Source of the DNA: an uncultured Methanoregulaceae archaeon
GTDB taxonomy: Archaea; Halobacteriota; Methanomicrobia; Methanomicrobiales; Methanospirillaceae
Length of the DNA: 64,000 nucleotides
Assembly: GCA_963737635.1 (NCBI GenBank)
Contig: CAVTTL010000001.1
Span: 1,824,001-1,888,000 of the forward strand
Direction: 5' to 3'
Below, one piece after another: positions 1-11,264 of this stretch (position 1 is the first letter of the stretch; each line of letters starts with the position of its first letter). The notes beneath the pieces were generated by a model that worked only from the letters and a program-made list of their open reading frames with translations, did no database searches and was not told the DNA's origin. The position numbers and the translations under genes are program-made.

Positions 1-135
1 AAAGTCCCCGATATGGAAAAAGAGGATCGCGTCAGGATGCTGTGCCTTGATCTCACGGTACTGCCGCATGCCGGGGGTAAGATTTTTGTCGTCATTGGCC
101 GCCGCGCCGGTACCGGAACCAGGCTCCGTTTTCAT
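1..135 (-). CDS. mutS: DNA mismatch repair protein MutS, 5' end (runs off window)
   Basis: Manual translation from ATG at 135: [45 protein letters not shown], matching the MutS domain I TPxMxQY..IK..HPD.ILFF..GDF motif; not in ORF track. Confidence 0.9.
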   Translation of the reverse strand, partial: MKTEPGSGTGAAANDDKNLTPGMRQYREIKAQHPDAILFFHIGDF

Positions 136-232
136 CTATAGTACTGTTTTCCCGGCAGGAGATTAAACCGTGTGGATCAGGGAATAATGATACTGATTAG
201 CTGTCCCTTTTCACGTTCGGCCGGTACTGGTT

Positions 233-973
233 TCATAGAGTACGCCGGTACACAAGAAGGGCTGGCAGTGATACGAAAAGGGCAATCAATTCAAACGTAA
301 GTCCTAAACCAAGTCCCGTGCCAAACAGGCCGAGGATCGTAAGAAAAACGCTGGTCATCGTGGAAAAATTAACGGTAATAATGCAAACGCTGGCACAGAT
401 AAGGAGGATAATACCGATGATTGCATTTTTAAGGTCCTGGGAACTTGGGGAAAAAGAAAGGGCAAGGCTGGTGACAAGGTATAGGTAAAGAACGAACCAG
501 CCATTAAACGAAGTGATGAGATTTTGGTACAATGTATGACTGACAATGGCTACCAGTGAGTACATTGACGCAGACGTATCAGGAACCGGGATAACTGATG
601 GAAACGAACAGCCGGCATACATGCCAAAGAACCACGTAAGCGCGGCGAGCGTGAGCGGGAGAATAAAGAGCGGGGCGGTACTAATGATTACGTTCCCGAG
701 GATAGGGATAGCGGGAGCAGTGTATGATACCATCCCGCCGTCCCTTGAAAGCAGTACGACTTTTTTGATTTTCGCGCCAGTCAAGAGACAACCGAAAATA
801 TGAGCGCACTCATGGATGATTACTCCCGGCCCGCTCACGACAAGATAAAGCAAAGGATACCGGACCGCGTGTGCCCAGATATGATTGAGCAGAAGCGAAA
901 GTCCCATAACCACAAGACCGGTAATGATGACGATGATAAACGATTCCATTGCCAGCGGCACAGATACGCTCAT
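233..973 (-). CDS. Polytopic membrane protein, M50-like zinc metalloprotease
   Basis: PGxxIHECAH (HExxH) in a hydrophobic protein, plus later APL and PSSQD motifs. Confidence 0.65.
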   Translation of the reverse strand: MSVSVPLAMESFIIVIITGLVVMGLSLLLNHIWAHAVRYPLLYLVVSGPGVIIHECAHIFGCLLTGAKIKKVVLLSRDGGMVSYTAPAIPILGNVIISTAPLFILPLTLAALTWFFGMYAGCSFPSVIPVPDTSASMYSLVAIVSHTLYQNLITSFNGWFVLYLYLVTSLALSFSPSSQDLKNAIIGIILLICASVCIITVNFSTMTSVFLTILGLFGTGLGLGLTFELIALFVSLPALLVYRRTL

Positions 974-1091
974 TCAGGAGTATGTCCGGCGTTATCGTTA
1001 AAAAAGAGCACGCCGATCTCTCAGAAACCGTTACCCTTTTCTCATCCTCCTCTTCTGATAGGATAATATGAACCAAGAACGATGAACAGGT

Positions 1092-3266
1092 ATGCACCCC
1101 GGGGATGTACCGAACCATCATACGCCGTTCTTTGGCTCGGCAGAACGGTCACCCAACCGGCTGATCCATGAGAAGAGCCCCTACCTGCTCCAGCATGCGT
1201 ATAACCCTGTCAATTGGTACCCATGGGGAGACGAGGCGTTCGCCCGGGCGGCAGCGGAGAATAAGCCGGTCTTTCTCTCAATAGGTTATTCTACCTGCCA
1301 TTGGTGTCATGTGATGGCCCGGGAATCCTTTGAGAATGAGAATGTGGCTGCCATCCTTAACCGGGAGTTTGTCAGCATCAAGGTCGACCGGGAGGAGCGC
1401 CCAGATATCGATAGCGTGTACATGGGAGTTTGCCAGCAGATGACCGGCCGGGGCGGCTGGCCGCTCACTATAGTTATGACCGCGGAGAAAAAACCCTTCT
1501 TTGCAGGCACATACTTTCCACGCGAGAACACGGAGGGGATGGTGGGGCTTACAGAGATTCTGCTGCGTATTGCTGCACTCTGGTGTGGTCAGCGAGATGA
1601 GCTGATACCGGGCAGCAGAAGAAATCTCACGACAAACCCAACCAGTGTATGAGAGTCCTTCAAATAATCCGGGCCGCAGGATGCTTGATGCAGGGTTCCA
1701 GGAACTGTGTGATCACTTCGATAATGAGAATGGCGGCTTTGGCAGTGCCCCGAAATTTCCGGCCCCTCATGTAATGGTATTTTTATTCAGGTACTGGTAC
1801 CTGACCGGTGAAACCCGCGCGCGTACCATGGCCGAACAGACACTCGGTGCGATGTGCGGCGGTGGTATCTGGGATCAATTGGGCGCCGGCCTGCACCGGT
1901 ATGCAACTGACGCACAGTGGCGTGTCCCGCACTTCGAAAAGATGCTCACTGACCAGGCGCTGCTGGTGATTGCCTGTGCCGAAGCATACGAAGCAACCAG
2001 AGATGCCAGATACCGGATCACCGCGGAAGAGTGCATTACCTACGTGCTTCGGGATCTCCGTGATCCCGGAGGTGCGTTTTATGCTGCAGAGGATGCGGAC
2101 AGTCCGGGCGGAGAGGGGGCATATTACTCGTGGACAAAGGAAGAGATTATCCAGGTTCTCGGCCCGGAAGAGGCAGCACATGCCCTTAACCTGTTTAACC
2201 TTATGCCTATCCCCGATACCAGTGCAGTGTCCAGACACATGAACGGCGACACAACCCATCCACGCTGCGTTCTTTCTGCGGCCTGTCGGACCCGGTCCTT
2301 GCGCATACCCTTCATATAACGGAAAGGGAAGTGGCCGCTCTCCGTGATAATATACGGTGCCGGCTTTTATCTGCACGACAAGGGCGTCGCCGGCCAGCAC
2401 GCGATACCAAGATCCTTACCGATACAAACGCGCTCTTTTGTATCGCTCTTGCACGAGCCGGTCGGGTATTTGACAATCCCGAGTATATAAATGCCGCGTC
2501 CAGTACACTGCAGTTTATATCCCTGCATCTGCGTGATGACAAAGGGGGCCTTCTGCACCGTTATTATGGCGGAGAAAGCGGGATCCGAGCTTTCGCCGAC
2601 GATTACGTATACCTGGTTTCTGCGTGTATCGAGCTCTACCGGGCAACCTTCGAGATCGCGTACCTGAGAGAGGCTATCGAGTTCAATACCACATTTCTTC
2701 GGCATTTCCGGGATGCAAAAAACGGCGGGTTCTTTACAATTCCTGATACAGCCGTGGATCTTCCCGTCCGGAAAAAAGAACGGTACGATGGTTCCATCCC
2801 GTCTGCAAATGCCGTCGCATTCGAAAACCTCATGCAGCTGTATCGCCTCTCTGGTGATGCCGCACTCGAAGAAGAGGCACGGGCATGCGCACGGTTTATA
2901 GCTGGGACCGCTGCCCGATCTCCCTCAGCGGTGGCGGGGTTTCTTGCCGCGCTTGCATGTTCTTTTCAGGCCCAAACCGCCCAGGATCTTGTTATTGCCG
3001 GAGACCTTAGTGAGGCAGGAACCCGTGCATTCCTGGACGCGATCAGGTCCCGGTATTTCCCGGGCCTCATGGTCGTACTCCGTCCACCCGGCACAGCAGG
3101 CACTGAGGTGGATATAGTCGCTCCTGTTGCACGCTGCCATAATCCACCTGATAGAGAGCCCATGGCATATCTTTGCTCGTCATCAGCCTGCCTACCTCCG
3201 GTAAGTGATGCCCAGGAACTGCTCAGACTTCTCGATGGGGAAAGAGAGAAAGGCTCACGATCTTAA
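1092..3266 (+). CDS. YyaL/SSP411-family thioredoxin-domain protein (DUF255); two apparent frameshifts (~1607, ~2279)
   Basis: [48 protein letters not shown] and [10 protein letters not shown] motifs spread over three consecutive ORFs (1092-1652, 1645-2319, 2331-3266). Confidence 0.9.
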
Positions 3267-3378
3267 TCTGGCAAGAATACCTTTCGCAAAAGTCATTGTT
3301 TTTTGTTCTCTTTTGCGTTTTTGTTGTTTATTGCGTATAAAATTCAGGAATTCCAAAAAGAGAAGACACTAAAAACCG

Positions 3379-3855
3379 TTACAAATTTTTCAGGGCAACC
3401 AGGTCTCGCACGCCAACCAGTTTCCAGACGAGTGACCGCTCTTCTTCGGCAATCTTGGCAGGGGGATCCGCGGGAGAGTGCCCAAGAGCAGCGAGGATGT
3501 TACACGAGAGTTTGCGTTCCACGATCAAGTCGACAAATTTTTCCCGGATAATCTTTTTCTCAATAGAGTCACTAACTTCTTCGAGGTACCCCTGAAGTGT
3601 AACAAACGTATAGGACGAGAGATCCTTTGTGTACTTTTCAATCTCGACTGATACATGGGGGCTTTTCCTGAAATATTCCTGTTTCTTGCCGTACTTGGTG
3701 GAAAGGAAATACATGAACGATCCATCGAACACGTACAGGAACGGTGCTATATAGGGATATTTTTCACCCTGGAATGCGATCCGGCAGACATATCCTTTCT
3801 CAATCAACCGGTCATATTCTTGTTTCTCCATCCGGGGAATCCTAACGACATCCAT
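3379..3855 (-). CDS. Pyridoxamine 5'-phosphate oxidase-like flavin-binding protein
   Basis: CRIAF..YPYIAPFLYV..YF.S..GKK..PHVSVEIE pattern of NimA/PNPOx-like proteins. Confidence 0.75.
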   Translation of the reverse strand: MDVVRIPRMEKQEYDRLIEKGYVCRIAFQGEKYPYIAPFLYVFDGSFMYFLSTKYGKKQEYFRKSPHVSVEIEKYTKDLSSYTFVTLQGYLEEVSDSIEKKIIREKFVDLIVERKLSCNILAALGHSPADPPAKIAEEERSLVWKLVGVRDLVALKNL

Positions 3856-3926
3856 TCAATCGCACCAATCTGGATTCAGAGAGGAAGCTTAATAAATCTT
3901 CGTAAATCGGTCTGGTGCTCAGGCTC

Positions 3927-5255
3927 CTACAAAGGTATGTACGGGTACCTCAGAGGCAATGGTTCACCAGTCGGTATCACCTTTTCACGGATAGTCCGGC
4001 AAATTTCCTGCAGGCTTACCGGGTAATACCCGATAACTTCGGCACTCACGTTGATCCTTTTTCTGACTGGATCAATATACGGAAACGCGCGAAGATTGTT
4101 GTTATGATGATGGCCGTGGATGATCCAGCCGGAAAACCTGCCGGAAGCGTCAGCGGGGTCGTGGACCAGAAGAAATTCCTGTCCCTCAAAAGTCAGGTGA
4201 ACAGAAGGAATGGTTCCCGCAGAAATCGTATCATGGTTCCCAGCCACAAAGGTAATAGCTCCGTTCAAAAGCGCCCGGTACTCCGTTTCCGGGCGTGCAT
4301 TATTGCCGTACTTTAGGTCCCCCAGATAAAATACACGATCGCCCTGCGAAATGCAATAATTCCAATTTGCGACCAGCACCCGATCCATTTCGTCAGGATC
4401 GGAGGGGACAAACGGGCGCGAACAGTACTTGATTATATTGGCGTGGCCCAGATGGAGATCCGAGATAAGGAAGGTTTCCCCGGTATTATGGATAACCGGC
4501 CCGGAACATTCAAATCCTGCGTACCGCCGGTATTGTGCCATTGTTTTTTGCCAAGAAAAGGGATCTTTGATCTCCTCCGGAGTGAGCCATCGTTGGAAAA
4601 GCAGGTCATACTCGCCAAGAATATCGTCGTTACGCATTACGGTGATCCGGAGTCCCGCATCATCGAGCAGGACCGGTCGCACCAGAGGATCCCGATGTGG
4701 ACTGAAAATCGCCGACCCACCAGTCAATGCAGCAAGATAGGCGTGGAGCAATGAGAGAACCGATCCGGAGAGAGCGACAGAGGGAATATCGGTTTGTGTG
4801 GCGGCAAGACCTTCCATGATCTTGCTGGATTTATCCGTCAGGAGGCGATTTACGATAGTGGCGTGGAACCATTTCTTATCAGGCTGCAGATCCCATGCAT
4901 TCAGGCTGATGGTAAATCTGGAAAGAGCCTGGGCAAGCGTAGCGGTCAGCGTGGCGAGTTCCGGTGACGCGCGAACCGAGAATGCCACGACACCGCCGTG
5001 CGTCCCGTCGCGTCGTTCCCACCCTCCAAGAGTAAACAGAACTGGACCGGTACGCGCAGCACATGCGCGAATGGTATCCAGAAGATCCTGCTCTCGTGAA
5101 GGATCATCAAAAGTAAAAGGCCCATACAGGGTTATGTGAGGGTGTTCCTCCCGGTTATGTTCAACACCGAATTGTTGTGAAATGGCGCATATGGTCTCTT
5201 TGATCCGCCACCGGGTCCGGGCAAGGCGGATCTCGACGAGATAGGTATCTTCCAT
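3927..5255 (-). CDS. Fusion: N-terminal 2H phosphoesterase (2'-5' RNA ligase/LigT-like) + C-terminal calcineurin-like metallophosphoesterase
   Basis: Two HxT motifs (PHITL, FHATI); C-terminal SDLHLGH, LGDL, GNHD, VHDP and IHGHHH motifs. Confidence 0.85.
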   Translation of the reverse strand: MEDTYLVEIRLARTRWRIKETICAISQQFGVEHNREEHPHITLYGPFTFDDPSREQDLLDTIRACAARTGPVLFTLGGWERRDGTHGGVVAFSVRASPELATLTATLAQALSRFTISLNAWDLQPDKKWFHATIVNRLLTDKSSKIMEGLAATQTDIPSVALSGSVLSLLHAYLAALTGGSAIFSPHRDPLVRPVLLDDAGLRITVMRNDDILGEYDLLFQRWLTPEEIKDPFSWQKTMAQYRRYAGFECSGPVIHNTGETFLISDLHLGHANIIKYCSRPFVPSDPDEMDRVLVANWNYCISQGDRVFYLGDLKYGNNARPETEYRALLNGAITFVAGNHDTISAGTIPSVHLTFEGQEFLLVHDPADASGRFSGWIIHGHHHNNNLRAFPYIDPVRKRINVSAEVIGYYPVSLQEICRTIREKVIPTGEPLPLRYPYIPL

Positions 5256-5455
5256 GCAATGTTCGCCCGCAGGTATAGGTTTATTGGCGGCAGTGGGTTA
5301 AAATGCTGCCCCGGATTCGTGTGATTTCTTATCTCATGAGCTTCGAAGAGCTAAGGAAAATCCGCCACACGTTCATCAGGGACGTGCTTTTCCGCTACCG
5401 GCTAAACAGCGAAATGAAAGCCCGTTTAAAAAAGGGAAAATATCCGACAGAATCT

Positions 5456-6166
5456 TCAATATTTCTTCCTGACAGCGATAAACCAGACCGCGGCTACGAT
5501 GCCTGCAATTGCAGCCATCACGATTTCGATGTCATATGTTATGTAAAACGGTGTTTCCGCCGCGGCTTGCTTTTCGGCCTGCGCGATGTTTAATTCAAGA
5601 TAGGGGTAACCGGGATCCAGCTGCTCAACTTTCTGGAACGCGACAATTCCTTCAGTACATTTCCCTATGCCACAGAGCGCGTACCCCTTGTTAAACCACG
5701 CCTCAGCATTGTCCGGTTCGATACTGATAGCGTGGTCAAAGGCATCCAGTTGTTCGTTATAATAACCATCAGCCGTGGCTTTGTCGTTGAGCTGCTGGTA
5801 ATAAGAGCCGAAATTGTAGAGTATCTGCCCGCGGTTAATCCATGCGGCTGCAGAGGAGGCATTGAGTGCCAGTGACTGGTTGGATGCCTCAAGCGCCATA
5901 TTCAGCGTGGCAAGCGGGTCCTGGGTATATGGATGTGCACGGTTAAGGACATCGGCCAGACCGTTCCATGCTTCGGAAGAGTTTGGATCGAGCGCAATTG
6001 CCTGCTTGTAAGCATATAGGCCCGCGGAGTAATTTCCCGCGTTGGTCAAGTTCTGTCCTGCCGCGTACCACCCTGCCGCATCAGTCGGATCAGACAGCAC
6101 CGGCGAAACCGCAAAAATACCTAAAACTAACAGGATTAAGACAAAATATAGGGTTCCGGATCTCAT
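5456..6166 (-). CDS. Secreted, membrane-anchored TPR-repeat protein
   Basis: N-terminal hydrophobic signal, repeated A..LDP..xEAWxNxG TPR units, C-terminal TM helix followed by RKKY. Confidence 0.8.
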   Translation of the reverse strand: MRSGTLYFVLILLVLGIFAVSPVLSDPTDAAGWYAAGQNLTNAGNYSAGLYAYKQAIALDPNSSEAWNGLADVLNRAHPYTQDPLATLNMALEASNQSLALNASSAAAWINRGQILYNFGSYYQQLNDKATADGYYNEQLDAFDHAISIEPDNAEAWFNKGYALCGIGKCTEGIVAFQKVEQLDPGYPYLELNIAQAEKQAAAETPFYITYDIEIVMAAIAGIVAAVWFIAVRKKY

Positions 6167-6227
6167 ATCACGGAATATATGAGGTATGATTCCCTCATAA
6201 GAATTCCCCCCTAATCTGCAGACAACC

Positions 6228-7197
6228 TCACTTTTTAAGCACAAGGATATGACGTGTCAGACTCTTGTGCACTCTCTGGGTATGGTGCTGGAGGAGTGTC
6301 ATGTGTTGTTTGGCGATACCGGATATGTCCCGATGAGTAACGACGATTGCACGGCGATCTGACTTAAGGACGCGGTTGATTTCGCCAAGGGCGTCATGGT
6401 ACAGGCCTTCCATAGTGTCTGCTTTTTTGATGCAGACGGATTGGCCGTAAGGGAAATCTGTCACAACCGCATCTACCATACGATCCTTTACCGGAAGACA
6501 AGCGGTATCGGCGAGAAATAAGGAACTCTGTTGCACATTCTCTTTGCTTCCACGGATCATGAGGGAATCGAAATCGCTTCCGAGTGCGTTTATCCCGAGC
6601 GTTTCCGCTTCGATAAGAGTTCCGCCGGTCCCGCAGAACGGATCGAGCAGGGTTGAGCCAGCCCCACAGAGCGAGAGGTTGACCAGTGTCCGGGCCATAC
6701 GGGGCATCATGACCCCGGGATGGAAAAACTCACGCCGGCCCGGATTTCGGCTGTCGTATGCGCCGCGATCGATCCGGAACAGGACTTTCCCGAAATAACA
6801 CCGGTCTGTGGAAAGGATAGCCCGGTATTCTTCGGCCGGGTTGATAAGCCGGAACAGGACCGGTGATCATGGTGCCAATCAATCGTTCAAATTCTCGTTG
6901 AGAACAGGTATTTTTCTCCTGGCAGCTTTCGTGTATCAGCTTGGCCCGGCCGGCAAAAGGCTGGGAAGTCGTGATAGAAAGATCAGAAAGGAGATCCCGG
7001 AACGACCTGCTGTCCGGAGCACACTCACCTAGATACTCAAGCACGACATGGGTCATGGCAAGGCGCCGGGCCTCCTGGGGTTGTGGGCATTCGGCAACAG
7101 CGACCTGAGGGCGAGAGTCAATGACTGATGCGACACATTCAATTTCGGCGCAGGGAAGCGTCGGATTTTCACCCGAGAGCTCAAAAAGGAGCATCAT
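6228..7197 (-). CDS. trm11: tRNA m2G10 methyltransferase (Trm11/THUMP-type); apparent frameshift ~6853
   Basis: N-terminal LLFELSGENPTLPCAE; C-terminal PRMARTLVNL, LDPFCGTGG, TDFPYG and RVHKSLTRHI. Confidence 0.85.
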
Positions 7198-7359
7198 CTT
7201 GGGAAATATGAGTCGGCTACCCACAAATACCTGTGCGAATTTCTTAAAAAAAAGCCGATTTTGACGCTGATATCGATAAAATCCGACGGAAAAACCGGTC
7301 ATGTCATCCCATCGCTGCATTTCCGGGGAGCGACAACAAAAAGACAACGAAAAAAGGAT

Positions 7360-9969
7360 TTAGTTGATAGTAAGACCCTGTTCAACTGCGGTGTCTGATA
7401 CATCAAAGGTGGTAGTAGTTCCTTCAATCCGGTATGGGCCGGTTGCCTTCACATCGGTTTTGTTTCCGGTTGTTGCATAGGGCACAACGAATTCCCCATT
7501 TACACTCTGTTGCCGGTAAGTGAAGTTCCTTCCCGTGTTGGTGACCAGCGGGACATCAATGATACCGGATCCTTTGATATGGGCACCTTTGACGTACTCG
7601 AAAATCTTGACATACTGTATCTCCGTAGTATTGGAGCTGAACGCCGTTGTGGGTGATTCGTGAATAAGACGGTAGTGCTGCAGTGCCGGAATATCGGTAA
7701 GCGGTAACCAACATTGAATATTCACCGCAACGGCATGATAACCAGGCTGCGCACCCTGATTGTATTGTGCAGCAGCGCTTATAGCGTCAGATGCGTTCAT
7801 TTCCCTGTCATTGACAAGCTCAGGAAGCGACGTCTGGGTAATCGACGGATCCGAATACTCAACATAATATGCAGAACCCGCTGAAACCATCGAACCGTCG
7901 AAGTTATGGAGTCGGGAGATCATGGTGGGGTAGTACGATGGCTCGTTGAGTACTACGGAATCGTATACATTGGGATCTGAAGGACTTGGGGTAAGCAGCG
8001 TCAACTGGTAGGTTCCGGGAGTTGCGGTGGCATTCATAAGGTTGTACCAGGTTGACATCGCGTAAAATTTTCCGGTATCCATCTCGACATCGGTGATAAC
8101 ATACCGGGTCCCATCATGGTCCAGAATTGCATTTGCAATATCTTCCGAAGGCGCCATGAAATATGCGGCGGACCCATTGGGTCCGGTGACCCCAGCCTGG
8201 AAGGGATTGGCATTGGGAATCCTGTGGGCAATGTAAGTTATCATGTGGCCGTAATCCCACCATGACATCACCCCGTAGGAGGTATTAGGGTAAGCAAACG
8301 TGCTTTTGTCATAGATCGCATAATAATTCACGCCAGTGTCAGGAGTGTTATTCGCCATCCATGAAAGCGACTCCTTCCAGTCCGGATTGATACCACCGGT
8401 ATCACTGGCCGAGAGTTCATAGTTTGTCATGACTGAAGTGAGGATGAAAAGTACAGCAAGGATGACCGCAACGAGGAAAATAATCGTGGCCGGCCACCCA
8501 TCATAGCTGGGGGCAGATTTCCTTGCTTTTGCAGATTTACGTCCTTTCTTTTCCCGTTTTACCGGTTCGCGGGTCGCTTCTTCTGGAGAACTACCGTCAA
8601 ACAAGGCACGGAGCCTGTTAAACACCGGCCCTGAGCCATAGTACCAGGCAGTCCCAAGGCAGATAGCCGAGAGGAGAGCGATATTGACGGCAAAATAATA
8701 CTCGTACTTGATCCGCTGGATAGTACAGATTAACATGGCAACGGACCAGATGAGAACGAATACCTCTCCCTGCTCCTCCTTTTTAATGGTCTGCCATATA
8801 AGCACTAGGATACCACCGGCGGCAAGGATCAGGCCGAAATTGAAGGTTGACCATGCCCGGGCCAGGCTCCAGGGAATATCTTCTTCAACGGTCGAGATGA
8901 TGGGCGCCTGGCCGAAGAATCCCGCAATGCCATTGGTGAACTCAGAGAACAATGCCGGGAACAAGAGAGCAAGCACCACTGAGAACAGGATGGCGATCCC
9001 GGCAAGCGATGCGATGTAATAATATTTTTTCTTGTCTTTGAGGTAATCTGACCAGAGATAAAGGAAGATGGCGGCTGCAATGAGAAGACCGTATGCAAGA
9101 ATTGGCCCCAATGTATAACGGGAGAGATCCAGCCCGGTATCCTTGAAGCCGAACAGTAAAAGGCAGATTATGACAACCCCGAACACTACGGTATTGACGA
9201 GGGCGAGATACAGGTTTGAAATGGACCGGTGATGATTGACTACTGCCTGGACAAAGATAAAAACAGCAGTAATAAGGGCAAAGACAATCATGGTCTCGAT
9301 GTTAAGCAATCCTACAAAGAATGCAATGCCGGAAAGGAAAGAGAACAAGAGAATTTCCTTGTAGGTTGAGAGATCGGCAAGCACGATTTTTGTCTTTTTT
9401 GCCTTGAGTAAGGTATAGAGATAGATAAGACAGAAAAGCGAACTGAACAGGGTTTCACCGATATGATGGTACAGGGATCCGTACATCGAACGGAAGAAAA
9501 ACTGTCCAGATACTGCGGATATCATAAATGCAGCAAACAGACCGGTCTTCCAGTCAGCAACCGTTTTTCCCAGCCAGTACATGACAAATACCATTGCCAC
9601 CGCTTCCAGAACAGGAATAAAGAGCGCGACGGTAATGATCTCGGACGGGGTTGTTGCATGGACTATAATTGCTGCGATGGAACAAAGATATGTCAAAAGT
9701 GGTCCCCAATATACCGTTGACCCAACGGGATACTGGGTCATCGGGTCGAACCACGCGTAGTTTGGGAAATTTGCAAGCGTCAGATCGATCTGGCGAAGGG
9801 CATACATAGGGTCATCGGGCTGGACAAGATTGAACACATCGCCATTACCGAGATTAAGCAACGGAATAATCCGAAGCCAGAACATAAATACGGATGAGAT
9901 GACGAGGAGTGCAAGGATAATATAAGTCCGGTGTTTTGGGTTGTCAAACAGTTCCACCGATTTCACCAC
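7360..9969 (-). CDS. aglB: Oligosaccharyltransferase AglB (STT3 family)
   Basis: Multi-TM N-terminus, DDPMY, WFDP..YP.G, WWDYGH motif, ANPFQAG. Confidence 0.95.
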   Translation of the reverse strand: MVKSVELFDNPKHRTYIILALLVISSVFMFWLRIIPLLNLGNGDVFNLVQPDDPMYALRQIDLTLANFPNYAWFDPMTQYPVGSTVYWGPLLTYLCSIAAIIVHATTPSEIITVALFIPVLEAVAMVFVMYWLGKTVADWKTGLFAAFMISAVSGQFFFRSMYGSLYHHIGETLFSSLFCLIYLYTLLKAKKTKIVLADLSTYKEILLFSFLSGIAFFVGLLNIETMIVFALITAVFIFVQAVVNHHRSISNLYLALVNTVVFGVVIICLLLFGFKDTGLDLSRYTLGPILAYGLLIAAAIFLYLWSDYLKDKKKYYYIASLAGIAILFSVVLALLFPALFSEFTNGIAGFFGQAPIISTVEEDIPWSLARAWSTFNFGLILAAGGILVLIWQTIKKEEQGEVFVLIWSVAMLICTIQRIKYEYYFAVNIALLSAICLGTAWYYGSGPVFNRLRALFDGSSPEEATREPVKREKKGRKSAKARKSAPSYDGWPATIIFLVAVILAVLFILTSVMTNYELSASDTGGINPDWKESLSWMANNTPDTGVNYYAIYDKSTFAYPNTSYGVMSWWDYGHMITYIAHRIPNANPFQAGVTGPNGSAAYFMAPSEDIANAILDHDGTRYVITDVEMDTGKFYAMSTWYNLMNATATPGTYQLTLLTPSPSDPNVYDSVVLNEPSYYPTMISRLHNFDGSMVSAGSAYYVEYSDPSITQTSLPELVNDREMNASDAISAAAQYNQGAQPGYHAVAVNIQCWLPLTDIPALQHYRLIHESPTTAFSSNTTEIQYVKIFEYVKGAHIKGSGIIDVPLVTNTGRNFTYRQQSVNGEFVVPYATTGNKTDVKATGPYRIEGTTTTFDVSDTAVEQGLTIN

Positions 9970-10130
9970 ACATCTGAAAATGGTCTTATTTTACTCATGG
10001 ATAAGGCTACTTATGGGTGAAGTCCTGCGTAAGGGTACCTTTCCGGTTAACCAAAAGGTAAAAAGTATTGAGCGATATGGTTTTTTGAAACATCTGATAA
10101 AAAACTCGGAAAGAAACTACAATAAAATGA

Positions 10131-11258
10131 TTATTTCTTCCCTTTTTTCTTTCCCATAATACCGGAGAAGATACCGCCTGCTTTGATGTCGTGGCCCTCA
10201 AGTTCGGCAATTTTCTGGTAGAGATCCTTTATCTCGCCGGACACTCCTTTGGGGGTAACGATCTTTACCCGGATAAGGAGATCGCCATGTTTCCCGCGCC
10301 TCTTGACCCCTTCACCGGCAATCCGGAGCGCCGTGTTATACTGGATGCCGGCCGGAACTTTCAGATCGATGTGACGTTTGTCAATTGTTTCGATCTCAAT
10401 AGTGGTTCCAAGAACGCCAAGCGCCGGGGTAATCTCGATCACGGTCTCGAGGTTGTCACCGATGCGTTCAAACCGTGGGTGAGGAAGCACATACATTTCG
10501 ATGAAGAGATCCCCTTTTGGCGCACCATAATCTCCTGCTTCACCGTAGCCTTCCATTCTCAGGCGCATCCCGCTGTCAACCCCGGCAGGGATATGAACCG
10601 TGACCCTGCGTTTGATCCGGGTGTGTCCCGAGCCGTGGCACTCACGGCATTGCCGCTCCGGGATCTTGCCCCTGCCGCCGCACATAGTACAGGAAGTCAT
10701 GCGAACGAACTGGCCAAACACGGACTGCTGGGTCTGGCGCATCTGCCCGCTTCCGCCACAACGGGGGCAGACGTTGGTCTTTTTTGTTTCACTTCCCGAT
10801 CCACCGCACGTAGCGCAGGCTTCGCTATGCAGAACCTCGATCTCTTTATCAGTACCGGCAACCGCTTCCTCAAGCGTTATCTGCATACGCATCAGGAGAT
10901 CGGCGCCGGGCTGAGGGCCGGACCTGCGCTGGCTCCCGCCAAAGAAGTCGAAAATATCCCCAAAACCTGAAAAGTCAGATGAGAAGCCTCCACTACCGGC
11001 ACCGCCCGCGCCGGTATAGGATCCTTTCGAGGCATTGGTAAACGTCTCGTGGCCCATATTATCGTACTGTGCCCGCTTCTGGGCATCAGAGAGAACGCTG
11101 TACGCCTCGTTTATAGACTTAAACTTCTCTTCTGCTCCCGGGTCCTTACAAACATCCGGGTGGTATTTCCGGGCGAGGTTGCGATAGGCCTTCTGGATCT
11201 CTTTCTCGTCGGCAGTTCTCGGTACTCCGAGGGTGTCATAGTAATCGCCCGATACCAT
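10131..11258 (-). CDS. dnaJ: Chaperone DnaJ
   Basis: J-domain HPD, G/F region, four CxxCxGxG repeats. Confidence 0.97.
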   Translation of the reverse strand: MVSGDYYDTLGVPRTADEKEIQKAYRNLARKYHPDVCKDPGAEEKFKSINEAYSVLSDAQKRAQYDNMGHETFTNASKGSYTGAGGAGSGGFSSDFSGFGDIFDFFGGSQRRSGPQPGADLLMRMQITLEEAVAGTDKEIEVLHSEACATCGGSGSETKKTNVCPRCGGSGQMRQTQQSVFGQFVRMTSCTMCGGRGKIPERQCRECHGSGHTRIKRRVTVHIPAGVDSGMRLRMEGYGEAGDYGAPKGDLFIEMYVLPHPRFERIGDNLETVIEITPALGVLGTTIEIETIDKRHIDLKVPAGIQYNTALRIAGEGVKRRGKHGDLLIRVKIVTPKGVSGEIKDLYQKIAELEGHDIKAGGIFSGIMGKKKGKK

Positions 11259-11264
11259 TTATGT

